Source of the DNA: the human T2T-CHM13v2.0 reference genome, Homo sapiens
Direction: 5' to 3' (one strand)
DNA: 64,000 nucleotides
Assembly: GCF_009914755.1 (NCBI RefSeq)
Contig: NC_060933.1
Under the pieces are notes generated by a model that was not told where the DNA came from, did not search any database, and saw only the letters and a list, made by a program, of their open reading frames with translations. Below, piece after piece: positions 9,801 to 24,525 of the stretch (its first letter is position 1; each line of letters begins with the position of its first letter). The position numbers and the translations under genes are program-made.

Positions 9801-12800
9801 AATGGAATGGAATGGAATGCAATGGAATGGAATCATCCGGAATGGAATGGAATGGAATGGAATGCAAAGCAATGGAATCAACTCGATTGCAATGGAATGG
9901 AATGGAATGGAAAGGAATACATTGGGATCAACCCGAGTGGAATGGAATGGAAAGGACTGGAATGGAGCGGAATGGAATGGAACGGAATGGAATGGAATCA
10001 ACTCGATTGGAATGGAATGGAATGGAATGGAATGGAATGGAATGGAATGGAATTAACCCGAATAGAATGGAATGGAATGGAATGGAACGGAACGGAACGG
10101 AATGGAATGGAATGGAAACAACCCGACTGCAGGGGAATGGAATGGAATGGAATGCAATGGAATGGATTCAACTTGAATGGAATGGAAAGAATGGAATCAA
10201 CACGAGTGGAATGGCATGGATTGGAATGGAATGGAATGGAATGAACCGGAGTACAGGGGAATGGAATGGAATGGAATGCAATGGAATGGAATCATCCGTA
10301 ATGGAATGGAAAGGAATGGAATGGAATGGAATGGAATGGAATGGAATGGAATGGAATCAACTCGATTGCAACCGAATGGAATGGAATGGAATTAACCCGA
10401 ATAGAATGGAATGGAATGGAATGGAACGGAACGGAACGGAACGGAATGGAATGGAATGGAATGGAATGGAATGGAATGGAACGGAAAGGAATGGAATGGA
10501 AAGGAATGGAATGGAATGGAATGGAATGGAATGGAATGCAATCAACGCGAGTGCAGGGGTATGGAATGGAATGGAATGCAATGGAATGGAATCTTCCGGA
10601 ATGGAATGGAATGGAATGGAATGGAATAAACCCGAGTGCAATGGAATGGAGTGGAATGGAATGGAATGGAATGGAACAACCCGAATGGAATGGAATGTAA
10701 TCGAGAGTAAGGGAGTTGAATAGAGTCAATCCGAATGTAATGGAATGGAATGGAAGGGAATGGAATGGAATGGAATGGAATGGAATGCAATGGAATGGAA
10801 TCAACCCGAGTTCAATGGAATGGAGAAGAATGGAATGGAATGGAATGGAAACTACCCGAATGGAATGGAATGTAATGGAGTGTAAGGGAATTGAATAGAA
10901 TCAATCCGAATGTAATGGAATGGAATGGAACGGAATGGAATGAAATGGAATGGAATGGAATGGAATGGAATGCAATGGAATGGAATCAACCCGAGTGCAA
11001 TCGAATGGAATCGAATGGAAAGGAATGCAATGGAATGGATTCAACTTGAATGGAATGGAAAGAATGGAATCAACACGAGTGGAATGGCATGGATTGGAAT
11101 GGAATGGAATGGAATCAACCCGAGTATAGGGGAATGGAATGGAATGGAATGCAATGGAATGGAATCATCCGTAATGGAATGGAAAGGAATGGAATGGAAT
11201 GGAATGGAATGGAATGGAATGGAATGGAATGGAATCAACTCGATTGCAATCGAATGGAATGGAATGGAATTAACCCGAATAGAATGGAATGGAATGGAAT
11301 GGAACGGAACGGAACGGAACGGAGTGGAATGGAATGGAATGGAATTGTATGGAATGGAATGGCATGGTACGGAATAGATTGGAATGGAAAGAATTGGAAT
11401 GGAATGGAATGGAATGGAATGGAATGGAATGGAATCAAGCCGAGTGCAGGGGAATGTAATGGAACGGAATGCAATGGAATGGAATCATCCGGAATGGAAT
11501 GGAATGGAATGGAATGGAACGGAACGGAACGGAATGGAATGAAATGGAATGGAATGGAATGGAACGGAAAGGAAGGGAATGGAATGGAATAGAATGGAAT
11601 GGAATGGAATCAACGCGAGTGCAGGGTAATGGAATGGAATGGAATACAATGGAATGGAATCTTCCGGAATGGAATGGAATGGAATGGAATGGAATGGAAT
11701 GGAATGGAATCAAACCGAGCACAATGGAATGGAGGGGAATGGAATGGAATGGAATGGAACAACCCGAATGGAATGGAATATAATGGAGAGTAAGGGAGTT
11801 GAATAGAATCAATCCGAATGTAATGGAATGGAACGGAATGGAATGGAATGGAATGGAATGGAATGGAATGCAATGGAATGGAATCAACCCGAGTACAATG
11901 GAACGGAATGGAATGGAATGTAATGTAATCGAATGGAATGGAATGGAATGGAATGGAATCAACCCGAGTGCAATGGAATGGAGAGGAATGGAATGGAATG
12001 GAATGGAAACTACCCGAATGGAATGGAATGTAATGGAGTGTAAGGGAATTGAATAGAATCAATCCGAATGGAATGGAATGGAATGGAACGGAATGTAATG
12101 TAATGGAATGGAATGGAATCAACCCGAGTGCAGGGGAATGGAATGGAATGGAATGCAATGGAATGGATTCAACTTGAATGGAATGGAAAGAATGGAATGG
12201 AATGGAATGGAATGGAATGGAATGGAATGGAATCAACTCGATTGCAGTCGAATGGAATGGAATGGAATTAACCCGAATAGAATGGAATGGAATGGAATGG
12301 AACGGAACGGAACGGAACGGAATGGATTGGAATGGAATGGAATGGAACGGAAAGGAATGGAATGGAATGCAATGGAATGGAATGGAATGGAATGGAATGG
12401 AATGGAATGGAATCAACGCGAGTGCAGGGGAATGGAATGGAATGGAATGCAATGGAATGGAATCATCTGGAATGGAATGGAATGGAATGGAATGGAATGG
12501 AATGGAATGGAATCAACCCGAGTGCAATGGAATGGAGTGGAATGGAATGGAATGGAATGGAACAACCCGAATGGAGTGGAATGTAATGGAGAGTAAGGGA
12601 GTTGAATAGAATCAATCCGAATGTAATGGAATGGAATGCAACGGAATAGAATGGAATGGAATGCAATGGAATGCAATCAACCCGTGTACAATGGAATGGA
12701 ATGGAATGGAATGGAATGGAATGGAATGGAATGGAATGCCTTCAAATCGAATGGAATGGAAATGAATGGAATCAACACGATTGGAATGGAATGGAATGGA

Positions 12801-15084
12801 ATGGAATGATACGGAATAGAATGGAATGGAACGAAATGGAATGGAATGGAATGGAATGGAATGGAAAGGATTGGAATCGTTCCGAGTGGAATAGGAGGGA
12901 ATGTATTCGAGTGGAATGGAAAGGAATGGAATCAACCAGAGTGGAATGGAAGGGAATGGAATGGAATGGAAACTAATAGAATGGAATCACCCCGAGTGGA
13001 ATGGAATGGAAAGGACTGGAATGGAATGGCATGGAATGGAATGGAATGGAATCAACTCGATTGTAAAGGAATTTAATGGAATGGAATGGAATGGAAAGGA
13101 ATGGAATGGAATTAACACGAATACAATGGAATGGAATGGAATGGAACGGAATGGAGTGGAATGGAATGGAATCAACCCGAGTGCAGGGGAATGGAATGGA
13201 ATGGAATGCAATGGAATAGAATCATCCGGAATGGAATGGAATGGAATGGAATGCAAAGCAATGGAATCAACTCGATTGCAATGGAATGGAATGGAATGGA
13301 AAGGAATACATTGGAATCAACCCGAGTGGAATGGAATGGAAAGGACTGGAATGGAGTGGAATGGAATGGAATGGAATGGAATGGAATCAACTCGATTGGA
13401 ATGGAATGGAATGGAATGGAATGGAATGGAATGGAATTAACCCGAATAGAATGGAATGGAATGGAATGGAACGGAACGGAACGGAACGGAACGGAATGGA
13501 ATGGAATGGAATGGAATGGAATGGAATCAACCCGACTGCAGGGGAATGGAATGGAATGGAATGCAATGGAATGGATTCAACTTGAATGGAATGGAAAGAA
13601 TGGAATGAACACGAGTGGAATGGCATGGATTGGAATGGAATGGAATGGAATGAACCCGAGTACAGGGGAATGGAATGGAATGGAATGCAATGGAATGGAA
13701 TCATCCGTTATGGAATGGAAAGGAATGGAATGGAATGGAATGGAATTGAATGGAATGGAATGGAATGGAATCAACTCGATTGCAATCGAATGGAATGGAA
13801 TGGAATTAACCCGAATAGAATGGAATGGAATGGAATGGAACGGAACGGAACGGAATGGAATGGAATGGAATGGAATGGAATGGAATGCAATGGAATGGAA
13901 CGGAAAGGAATGGAATGGAATGGAATGGAATGGAATGGAATCAACGCGAGTGCAGGGGAATGGAATGGAATGGAATGCAATGGAATGGAATCTTCCGGAA
14001 TGGAATGGAATGGAAGGGAATGGAATGGAATAAACCCGAGTGCAATGGAATGGAGTGGAATGGAATGGAATGGAATGGAACAGCCCGAATGGAATGGAAT
14101 GTAATGGAGAGTAAGGGAGTTGAATAGAATCAATCAGAATGTAATGGAATGGAATGAAACGGAATGGAATTGAATGGAATGGAATGGAATGCAATGGAAT
14201 GGAATCAACCCGAGTGCAATGGAAAGGAGAGGAATGGAATGGAATGTAATGGAAACTACCCGAATGGAATGGAATGTAATGGAGTGTAAGGGAATTGAAT
14301 AGAATCAATCCGAATGGAATGGAATGGAATGGAACGGAATTGAAGGGAATGGAATGCAATGGAATGGAATCAACCCGAGTGCAATCGAATGGAATCGAAT
14401 GGAATGGAATGCAATGGAATGGATTCAACTTGAATGGAATGGAAAGAATGGAATGTACACGAGTGGTAGGGCATGGATTGGAATGCAATGGAATGGAATC
14501 AACCCGAGTACAGGGGAATGGAATGGAATGGAATGCAATGGAATGGAATCATCCGTAATGGAATGGAAAGGAATGGAATGGGATGGAATGGAATGGAATG
14601 GAATGGAATGGAATCAACACGATTGCAATCGAATGGAATGGAATGGAATTAACCCGAATAGAATGGAATGGAATGGAATGGAACGGAACGGAATGGAATG
14701 GAATAGAATCAACCCGAGTGCAGGGGAATGGAATGGAATGGAATACAATGGAATGGAATCATCCGGAATGGAATGGAATGGAATGGAATGCAAAGCAATG
14801 GAATCAACTCGATTGCAATGGAATGCAATGGAGTGGAAAGGAATACATTGGAATCAACCCGAGTGGAATGGAATGGAAAGGACTGGAATGGAGTGGGATG
14901 GAATGGAATGGAATGGAATGGAATCAACTCGATTGGAATGGAATGGAATGGAATGGAATGGAATGGAATTAACCCGAATAGAATGGAATGGAATGGAATG
15001 GAACGGAACGGAACGGAACGGAATGGAATGGAATGGAATGGAATGGAATGGAATGGAATCAACCCGACTGCAGGGGAATGGAAT

Positions 15085-16350
15085 GGAATGGAATGCAATG
15101 GAATGGATTCAACTTGAATGGAATGGAAAGAATGGAATGGAATGGAATGTAATGGAATGGAATGGAATGGAATCAACTCGATTGCAGTCGAATGGAATGG
15201 AATGGAATTAACCCGAATAGAATGGAATGGAATGGAATGGAATGGAACGGAACGGAACGGAACCGAATAGAATGGAATGGAATGGAATGGAACGGAAAGG
15301 AATGGAATGGAATGGAATGGAAAGGAATGGAATGGAATCAATGCGAGTGCAGGGGAAAGGAATGGAATGGAATGCAATGGAATGGAATCTTCCGGAATGG
15401 AATGGAATGGAATGGAATGGAATGGAATGGAATGGAATGGAATAAACCCGAGTGCAATGGAATGGAGTGGAATGGAATGGAATGGAATGGAACAACCCGA
15501 ATGGAATGGAATGTAATGGAGGGTAAGGGAGTTGAATAGAATCAATCCGAATGTAATGGAATGGAATGGAACGGAATGGAATTGAATGGAATGGAATGGA
15601 ATGCAATGGAATGGAATCAACCCAAGTGCAATGGAATGGAGAGGAATGGAATGGAATGGAGTGGAAAGTACCCGAATGGAATGGAATGCAATGGAATGGA
15701 ATCAACCCGAGTGCAATGGAATGGAGAGGAATGGAATGGAATGGAGTGGAAACTACCCGAATGGAATGGAATGCAATGGAATGGAATCAACCCAAGTGCA
15801 ATGGAATGGAGAGGAATGGAATGGAATGGAGTGGAAAGTACCCGAATGGAATGGAATGCAATGGAATGGAATCAACCCGAGTGCAATGGAATGGAGAGGA
15901 ATGGAATGGAATGGAGTGGAAACTACCCGAATGGAATGGAATGCAATGGAATGGAATCAACCCGAGTGCAATGGAATGGAGAGAAATGGAATGGAATGGA
16001 GTGGAAACTACCCGAATGGAATGGAATGCAATGCAATGGAGTGTAAGGGAATTGAATAGAATCAATCCGAATGTAATGGAAAGGAATGGAACGGAATGGA
16101 GTGGAATGGAATGGAATGGAATGCAATGGAATGGAACCAACCCGAGTGCAATCGAATGGAATCGATTGGAATGGAATGCAATGGAATGGAATCAACTCGA
16201 TTGCAATCGAATGGAATGGAATGGAATTAACCCGAATAGAATGGAATGGAATGGAATGGAAAGGAACGGAATGGAATGGAATGGAATGGAATGGAATGGA
16301 ATGGAATGGAACGGAACGGAATGGAATGGAATGGAATGGAATGGAATCAA
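15085..16350 (+). repeat. Block X, duplicated at ~18255-19520 (offset ~3170)
   Basis: Shared ATTGCAGTCG, GAACCGAATAG, CAATGCGAGT, GAGGGTAAGGG, GAACCAACCCG and ATCGATTGG, plus the 85-bp minisatellite. ORF pairs 15227/18397 and 16086/19256. Confidence 0.9.
15618..16030 (+). repeat. 85-bp (17-pentamer) minisatellite, 5 units
   Basis: Units start at 15618, 15703, 15788, 15873 and 15958. They alternate CAACCCAAGT..AAAGTACCCG and CAACCCGAGT..AAACTACCCG. Confidence 0.92.
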
Positions 16351-18300
16351 CCCGACTTCAGGGCAATGGAATGGAATGGAATGCAATGGAATGGATTCAA
16401 CTTGAATGGAATGGAAAGAATGGAATCAACACGAGTGAAATGGCATGGATTGGAATGGAATGGAATGGAATGAACCCGAGTACAGGGGAATGGAATGGAA
16501 TGGAATGCAATGGAATGGAATCATCCGTAATGGAATGGAAAGGAATGGAATGGAATGGAATCAACTCGATTGCAATCGAAAGGAATGGAATGGAATTAAC
16601 CCGAATAGAATGGAATGGAATGGAATGGAACGGAACGGAATGGAATGGAATGGAATGGAATGGAATGGAACGGAAAGGAATGGAATGGAATGGAATGCAA
16701 TGGAATGGAATGGAATGGAATGGAATGGAATGGAATCAACGTGAGTGCAGGGGAATGGAATGGAATGGAATGCAATGGAATGGAATTTTCCGGAATGGAA
16801 TGGAATAGAATGGAATGGAATGGAATGGAATGGAATAAACCCGAGTGCAATGGAATGGAGTGGAATGGAATGGAATGGAATGGAACAGCCCGAATCCAAT
16901 GGAATGTAATGTAGAGTAAGGGAGTTGAATAGAATCAATCCGAATGAAATGGAATGGAATGGAACGGAATGGAATTGAATGGAATGGAATGGAATGCAAT
17001 GGAATGGAATCAACCCGAGTGCAATGGAATGGAGAGGAATGGAATGGAATGGAATGGAAACTACCGGAATGGAATAGAATGTAATGGAGTGTAAGGGAAT
17101 TGAATAGAATCAATCCGAATGTAATGGAATGGAATGGAACGGAATGGAATGGAATGGAATGGAATGGAATGGAATGGAATCAACCCGAGTGCTATCGAAT
17201 GGAATCGAATGGAATGCAATGCAATGGAATGGATTCAACTTGAATGGAATGGAAAGAATGGAATCAACACGAGTGGAATGACATGGATTGGAATGGAATG
17301 GAATGGAATCAACCCGAGTACAGGGGAATGGAATGGAATGGAATGCAATGGAATGGAATCATCCGTAATGGAATGGAAAGGAATGGAATGGAATGTAATG
17401 GAATGGAATGGAATGGAATCTACTCGATTGCAATCGAATGGAATGGAATGGAATTAACCCGAATAGAATGGAATGGAATGGAATGGAACGGAACGGAATG
17501 GAATGGAATGGAATGGAATGGAACGCAAAGGTAGGGAATGGAATGGAATACAATGGAATGGAATGGAATCAACACGAGTGCAGGGGAATGGAATGGAATG
17601 GAATACAATGGAATGGAATCATCCATAATGGAATAGAAAGGAATGGAATGGAATGGAATGGAATGGAATGGAATGGAATGGAATGGTATGGAATAGAATG
17701 GAATGGTACGGAATAGAATGGAATGGAACGAATTGTAATGGAATGGAATGGAATGGAAAGGAATGGAATGGAATGGAAAGGAATCAACTCGATTGCAATC
17801 GAATGGAATGGAATGGAATTAACCCAAATAGAATGGAATGGAATGGAATGGAACGGAACGGAATGGAATGGAATGGAATGGAATGGAATGGAATGGAACG
17901 GAACGGAACGGAAATGAATGGAATGGAATGGAATGGAATGGAATGGAATGGAATCAACGCGAGTGCAGGGGAATGGAATGGAATGGAATGCAATGGAATG
18001 GAATCTTCCGGAATGGTATGGAATGGAATGGAATGGAATCAACCCGAGTTCAATGAAATGGAGAGGAATGGAATGGAATGGAATGGAAACTACCCGAATG
18101 GAATGGAATATAATGGAGTGTAAGGGAATTGAATAGAATCAATCCGAATGTAATGGGATGGAATGGAACGGAATGGAATGGAATGGAATGGAATGGAATG
18201 GAATGGAATGCAATGGAATGGAATCAACCCGAGTGCAATCGAATGGAATCGAATGGAATGGAATGCAATGGAATGGATTCAACTTGAATGGAATGGAAAG
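16348..18300 (+). repeat. Block Y, duplicated at ~20957-22900 (offset ~4609)
   Basis: Shared CACGAGTGAAAT, CAACGTGAGT, GAATTTTCCGG, CAGCCCGAATC, GTAGAGTAAG, CTACCGG, GTGCTATCG, TCTACTCG, CGCAAAGGTAGGG and GTAATGGGATGG. ORF pairs 16445/21054 and 17134/21743. Confidence 0.92.
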
Positions 18301-18792
18301 AATGGAATGGAATGGAATGGAATGGAATGGAATGGAATGGAATCAACTCGATTGCAGTCGAATGGAATGGAATGGAATTAACCCGAATAGAATGGAATGG
18401 AATGGAATGGAATGGAACGGAACGGAACGGAACCGAATAGAATGGAATGGAATGGAATGGAACGGAAAGGAATGGAATGGAATGGAATGGAAAGGAATGG
18501 AATGGAATCAATGCGAGTGCAGGGGAAAGGAATGGAATGGAATGCAATGGAATGGAATCTTCCGGAATGGAATGGAATGGAATGGAATGGAATGGAATGG
18601 AATGGAATGGAATGGAATAAACCCGAGTGCAATGGAATGGAGTGGAATGGAATGGAATGGAATGGAACAACCCGAATGGAATGGAATGTAATGGAGGGTA
18701 AGGGAGTTGAATAGAATCAATCCGAATGTAATGGAATGGAATGGAACGGAATGGAATTGAATGGAATGGAATGGAATGCAATGGAATGGAAT

Positions 18793-19205
18793 CAACCCAA
18801 GTGCAATGGAATGGAGAGGAATGGAATGGAATGGAGTGGAAAGTACCCGAATGGAATGGAATGCAATGGAATGGAATCAACCCGAGTGCAATGGAATGGA
18901 GAGGAATGGAATGGAATGGAGTGGAAACTACCCGAATGGAATGGAATGCAATGGAATGGAATCAACCCAAGTGCAATGGAATGGAGAGGAATGGAATGGA
19001 ATGGAGTGGAAAGTACCCGAATGGAATGGAATGCAATGGAATGGAATCAACCCGAGTGCAATGGAATGGAGAGGAATGGAATGGAATGGAGTGGAAACTA
19101 CCCGAATGGAATGGAATGCAATGGAATGGAATCAACCCGAGTGCAATGGAATGGAGAGAAATGGAATGGAATGGAGTGGAAACTACCCGAATGGAATGGA
19201 ATGTA
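18793..19205 (+). repeat. Second copy of the 85-bp minisatellite, 5 units
   Basis: Units start at 18793, 18878, 18963, 19048 and 19133, with the same A-B-A-B-B' pattern. Confidence 0.92.
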
Positions 19206-22200
19206 ATGGAGTGTAAGGGAATTGAATAGAATCAATCCGAATGTAATGGAAAGGAATGGAACGGAATGGAGTGGAATGGAATGGAATGGAATGCAATGGA
19301 ATGGAACCAACCCGAGTGCAATCGAATGGAATCGATTGGAATGGAATGCAATGGAATGGAATCAACTCGATTGCAATCGAATGGAATGGAATGGAATTAA
19401 CCCGAATAGAATGGAATGGAATGGAATGGAAAGGAACGGAATGGAATGGAATGGAATGGAATGGAATGGAATGGAATGGAACGGAACGGAATGGAATGGA
19501 ATGGAATGGAATGGAATCAACGCGAGTGCAGGGGAATGGAATGGAATGGAATGCAATGGAATGGAATCTTCCGGAATGGAATGGAATGGAATGGAATGGA
19601 AAGAAATGCAATGGATTCAACTCGATTGAAATGGAATGGAATAGAATGGAATGGAATGGAATGGAATGAACACGAATAGAATGGAATGGAATGCAATGGA
19701 ACGGAATGGAACGGAATGGAATGGAATGGAATGGAATGGAATGGTATGGAATGGAATGGAATGGTACGGAATAGAATGGAATGTAACGAATTGTAATGGA
19801 ATGGAATTGAATGGAATGGAATGCAATCAACGCGAGTGCAGGGGAATGTAATGGAACGGAATGCAATGGAATGGAATCATCCGGAATGGAATGGAATGGA
19901 ATGGAATGGAATGGAATGGAATGAAATCAACCCGAGTGCAATGGAATGGAGTGGAATGGAATGGAATGGAATGGAACAACACGAATGGAATGGAATGTAA
20001 TGGAATGTAAGGGAGTTGAATAGAATCAATCCGAATGTAATGGAATGGAATGCAACGGAATGGAATGGAATGGAATGCAATGGAATGCAATCAACCAGAG
20101 TACAATGGAATGGAATGGAATGGAATGGAATGGAATGGAATGGAATGCCTTCAAACCGAATGGAATGGAAAGGAATGGAATCAACACGAGTGGAATGGAA
20201 TGGAATGGAATGGAATGGAATGGAATGGAATGGAATGATACGGAATAGAATGGAATGGAACGAAAAGGAATGGAATGGAATGGAATGGAATGGAATGGAA
20301 TGGAATGGAATGGAATCGTTCCGAGTGGAATAGGAGGGAATGTATTCGAGTGGAATGGAAAGGAATGGAATCAACCAGAGTGGAATGGAAGGGAATGGAA
20401 TGGAATGGAAACTAATAGAATGGAATCAACCCGATTGGAATGGAATGGAAAGGACTGGAATGGAATGGAATGGAATGGAATCAACTCGATTGTAATGGAA
20501 TGGAATGGAATGGAATGGAATGGAATGGAATGGAATTAACCCGAATACAATGGAATGGATTGGAAAGTAACGGAATGGAGTGGAATGGAATGGAATCAAC
20601 CCGAGTGCAGGGGAGTGGAATGGAATGGAATGCAATGGAATGGAATCATCCGGAATGGAATGGAATGGAATGGAATGCAAAGCAATGGAATCAACTCGAT
20701 TGCAATGGAATGGAATGGAATGGAAAGGAATACATTGGAATCAACCCGAGTGGAATGGAATGGAAAGGACTGGAATGGAGTGGAATGGAATGGAATGGAA
20801 TGGCATGGAATGTAATGAACTCGATTGGAATGGAATGGAATGGAATGGAAAGGAATGGAATGGAATTAACCCGAATAGAATGGAATGGAATGGCATGGAA
20901 CGGAACGGAACGGAATGGAATGGAATGGAATGGAATGGAATGGAATGGAATGGAATCAACCCGACTGCAGGGAAATGGAATGGAATGGAATGCAATGGAA
21001 TGGATTCAACATGAATTGAATGGAAAGAATGGAATCAACACGAGTGAAATGGCATGGATTGGAATGGAATGGAATGGAATGAACCCGAGTACAGGGGAAT
21101 GGAATGGAATGGAATGCAATGGAATGGAATCATCCGTAATGGAATGGAAAGGAATGGAATGGAATGGAATCAACTCGATTGCAATCGAAAGGAATGGAAT
21201 GGAATTAACCCGAATAGAATGGAATGGAATGGAATGGAACGGAACGGAATGGAATGGAATGGAATGGAATGGAATGGAACGGAAAGGAATGGAATGGAAT
21301 GGAATGCAATGGAATGGAATGGAATGGAATGGAATGGAATGGAATCAACGTGAGTGCAGGGGAATGGAATGGAATGGAATGCAATGGAATGGAATTTTCC
21401 GGAATGGAATGGAATAGAATGGAATGGAATGGAATGGAATGGAATAAACCCGAGTGCAATGGAATGGAGTGGAATGGAATGGAATGGAATGGAACAGCCC
21501 GAATCGAATGGAATGTAATGTAGAGTAAGGGAGTTGAATAGAATCAATCCGAATGAAATGGAATGGAATGGAACGGAATGGAATTGAATGGAATGGAATG
21601 GAATGCAATGGAATGGAATCAACCCGAGTGCAATGGAATGGAGAGGAATGGAATGGAATGGAATGGAAACTACCGGAATGGAATAGAATGTAATGGAGTG
21701 TAAGGGAATTGAATAGAATCAATCCGAATGTAATGGAATGGAATGGAACGGAATGGAATGGAATGGAATGGAATGGAATGGAATGGAATCAACCCGAGTG
21801 CTATCGAATGGAATCGAATGGAATGCAATGCAATGGAATGGATTCAACTTGAATGGAATGGAAAGAATGGAATCAACACGAGTGGAATGACATGGATTGG
21901 AATGGAATGGAATGGAATCAACCCGAGTACAGGGGAATGGAATGGAATGGAATGCAATGGAATGGAATCATCCGTAATGGAATGGAAAGGAATGGAATGG
22001 AATGTAATGGAATGGAATGGAATGGAATCTACTCGATTGCAATCGAATGGAATGGAATGGAATTAACCCGAATAGAATGGAATGGAATGGAATGGAACGG
22101 AACGGAATGGAATGGAATGGAATGGAATGGAACGCAAAGGTAGGGAATGGAATGGAATACAATGGAATGGAATGGAATCAACACGAGTGCGGGGGAATGG

Positions 22201-24525
22201 AATGGAATGGAATACAATGGAATGGAATCATCCATAATGGAATAGAAAGGAATGGAATGGAATGGAATGGAATGGAATGGAATGGAATGGAATGGTATGG
22301 AATAGAATGGAATGGTACGGAATAGAATGGAATGGAACGAATTGTAATGGAATGGAATGGAATGGAAAGGAATGGAATGGAATGGAATGGAATCAACTCG
22401 ATTGCAATCGAATGGAATGGAATGGAATTAACCCAAATAGAATGGAATGGAATGGAATGGAACGGAACGGAATGGAATGGAATGGAATGGAATGGAACGG
22501 AACGGAACGGAACTGAATGGAATGGAATGGAATGGAATGGAATGGAATGGAATCAACGCGAGTGCAGGGGAATGGAATGGAATGGAATGCAATGGAATGG
22601 AATCTTCCGGAATGGTATGGAATGGAATGGAATGGAATCAACCCGAGTTCAATGAAATGGAGAGGAATGGAATGGAATGGAATGGAAACTACCCGAATGG
22701 AATGGAATATAATGGAGTGTAAGGGAATTGAATAGAATCAATCCGAATGTAATGGGATGGAATGGAACGGAATGGAATGGAATGGAATGGAATGGAATGG
22801 AATGGAATGCAATGGAATGGAATCAACCCGAGTGCAATCGAATGGAATCGAATGGAATGGAATGCAATGGAATGGATTCAACTTGAATGGAATGGAAGGA
22901 ATGGAATCAACACGAGTGGAATGACATGGATTGGAATGGAATGGAATGGAATCAACCCGAGTACAGGGGAATGGAATGGAATGGAATGCAATGGAATGAA
23001 ATCATCCATAATGGAATGGAAAGGAATGGAATGGAATGTAATGGAATGGAATGGAATGGAATCAACTCGATTGCAATCAAATGGAATGGAATGGAATTAA
23101 CCCGAATAGAATGGAATGGAATGGAATGGAACGGAACGGAATGGAATGGAATGGAATGGAATGGAACGCAAAGGAAGGGAATGGAATGGAATACAATGGA
23201 ATGGAATGGAATCAACACGAGTGCAGGGGAATGGAATGGAATCGAATGCAATGGAATGGAATCATCCGTAATGGAATAGAAAGGAATGGAATGGAATGGA
23301 ATGGAATGGAATGGAATGGAATGGAATCAACTCTATTGCAATCGAATGGAATGGAATGGAATTAACCCGAATAGAATGGAATGGAATGGAATGGAACGGA
23401 ACGGAATGGAATGGAATGGAATGGAACGTAACGGAATGGAATGGATGGAATGGAATGGAATCAACGCGAGTGCAGGGGAATGGAATGGAATGGAATGCAA
23501 TGGAATGGAAACTTCCGGAATGGAATGGAATGGAATGGAATGGAATGAAATGCAATGGATTCAACTCGATTGCAATGGAATGGAATAGAATGGAATGAAA
23601 GGGAATGGAATGCAATTAATCCGAATAGAATGGAATGGAATGGAATGGAACGGAATGGAACAGAATGGAATGGAATGGAATGGAATGGAATGGAATGGTA
23701 TGGAATAGAATGGAATGGTACGGAATAGAATGGAATGGAACGAATTGTAATGGAATGGAATGGAATGGAATGGAATGGAATGGAATGGAATGGAATCAAC
23801 GCGAGTGCAGGGGAATGTAATGGAACGGAATGCAATGGAATGGAATCATCCGGAATGGAATGGAATGGAATGGAATGGAATGGAATGGAATCAACCCGAG
23901 TGCAATGGAATGGAGTGGAATGGAATGGAATGGAATGGAACAACCCGAATGGAATGGAATGTAATGGAGAGTAAGGGAGTTGAATAGAATCAATCCGAAT
24001 GTAATGGAATGGAATGCAACGGAATGGAATGGAATGGAATGGAATGGAATGCAATGGAATGGAATCAACCCGAGTACAATGGAATGGAATGGAATGGAAT
24101 GGAATGGAATGGAATGGAATAGAATGATACGGAATAGAATGGAATGGAACGAAATGGAATTGAATGGAAAGGAATGGAATGGAATGGAATGGAATCGTTC
24201 CGAGTGGAATAGGAGGGAATGTATTCGAGTGGAATGGAAAGGAATGGAATCAACCAGAGTGGAATGGAAGGGAATGGAATGGAATGGAAACTAATAGAAT
24301 GGAATCAACCCGAGTGGAATGGAATGGAAAGGACTGGAATGGAATGGAATGCAATGGAATCAACTCGTTTGAAATGGAATGGAATGGAATGGAATGGAAT
24401 GCAATGGAATGGAATTAACCCGAATACAACGGAAGGGAATGGAATGGAATGGAAACTAATAGAATGGAATCAACCCGAGTGGAATGGAATGGAAAGGACT
24501 GGAATGGAATGGAATGGAATGGAAT

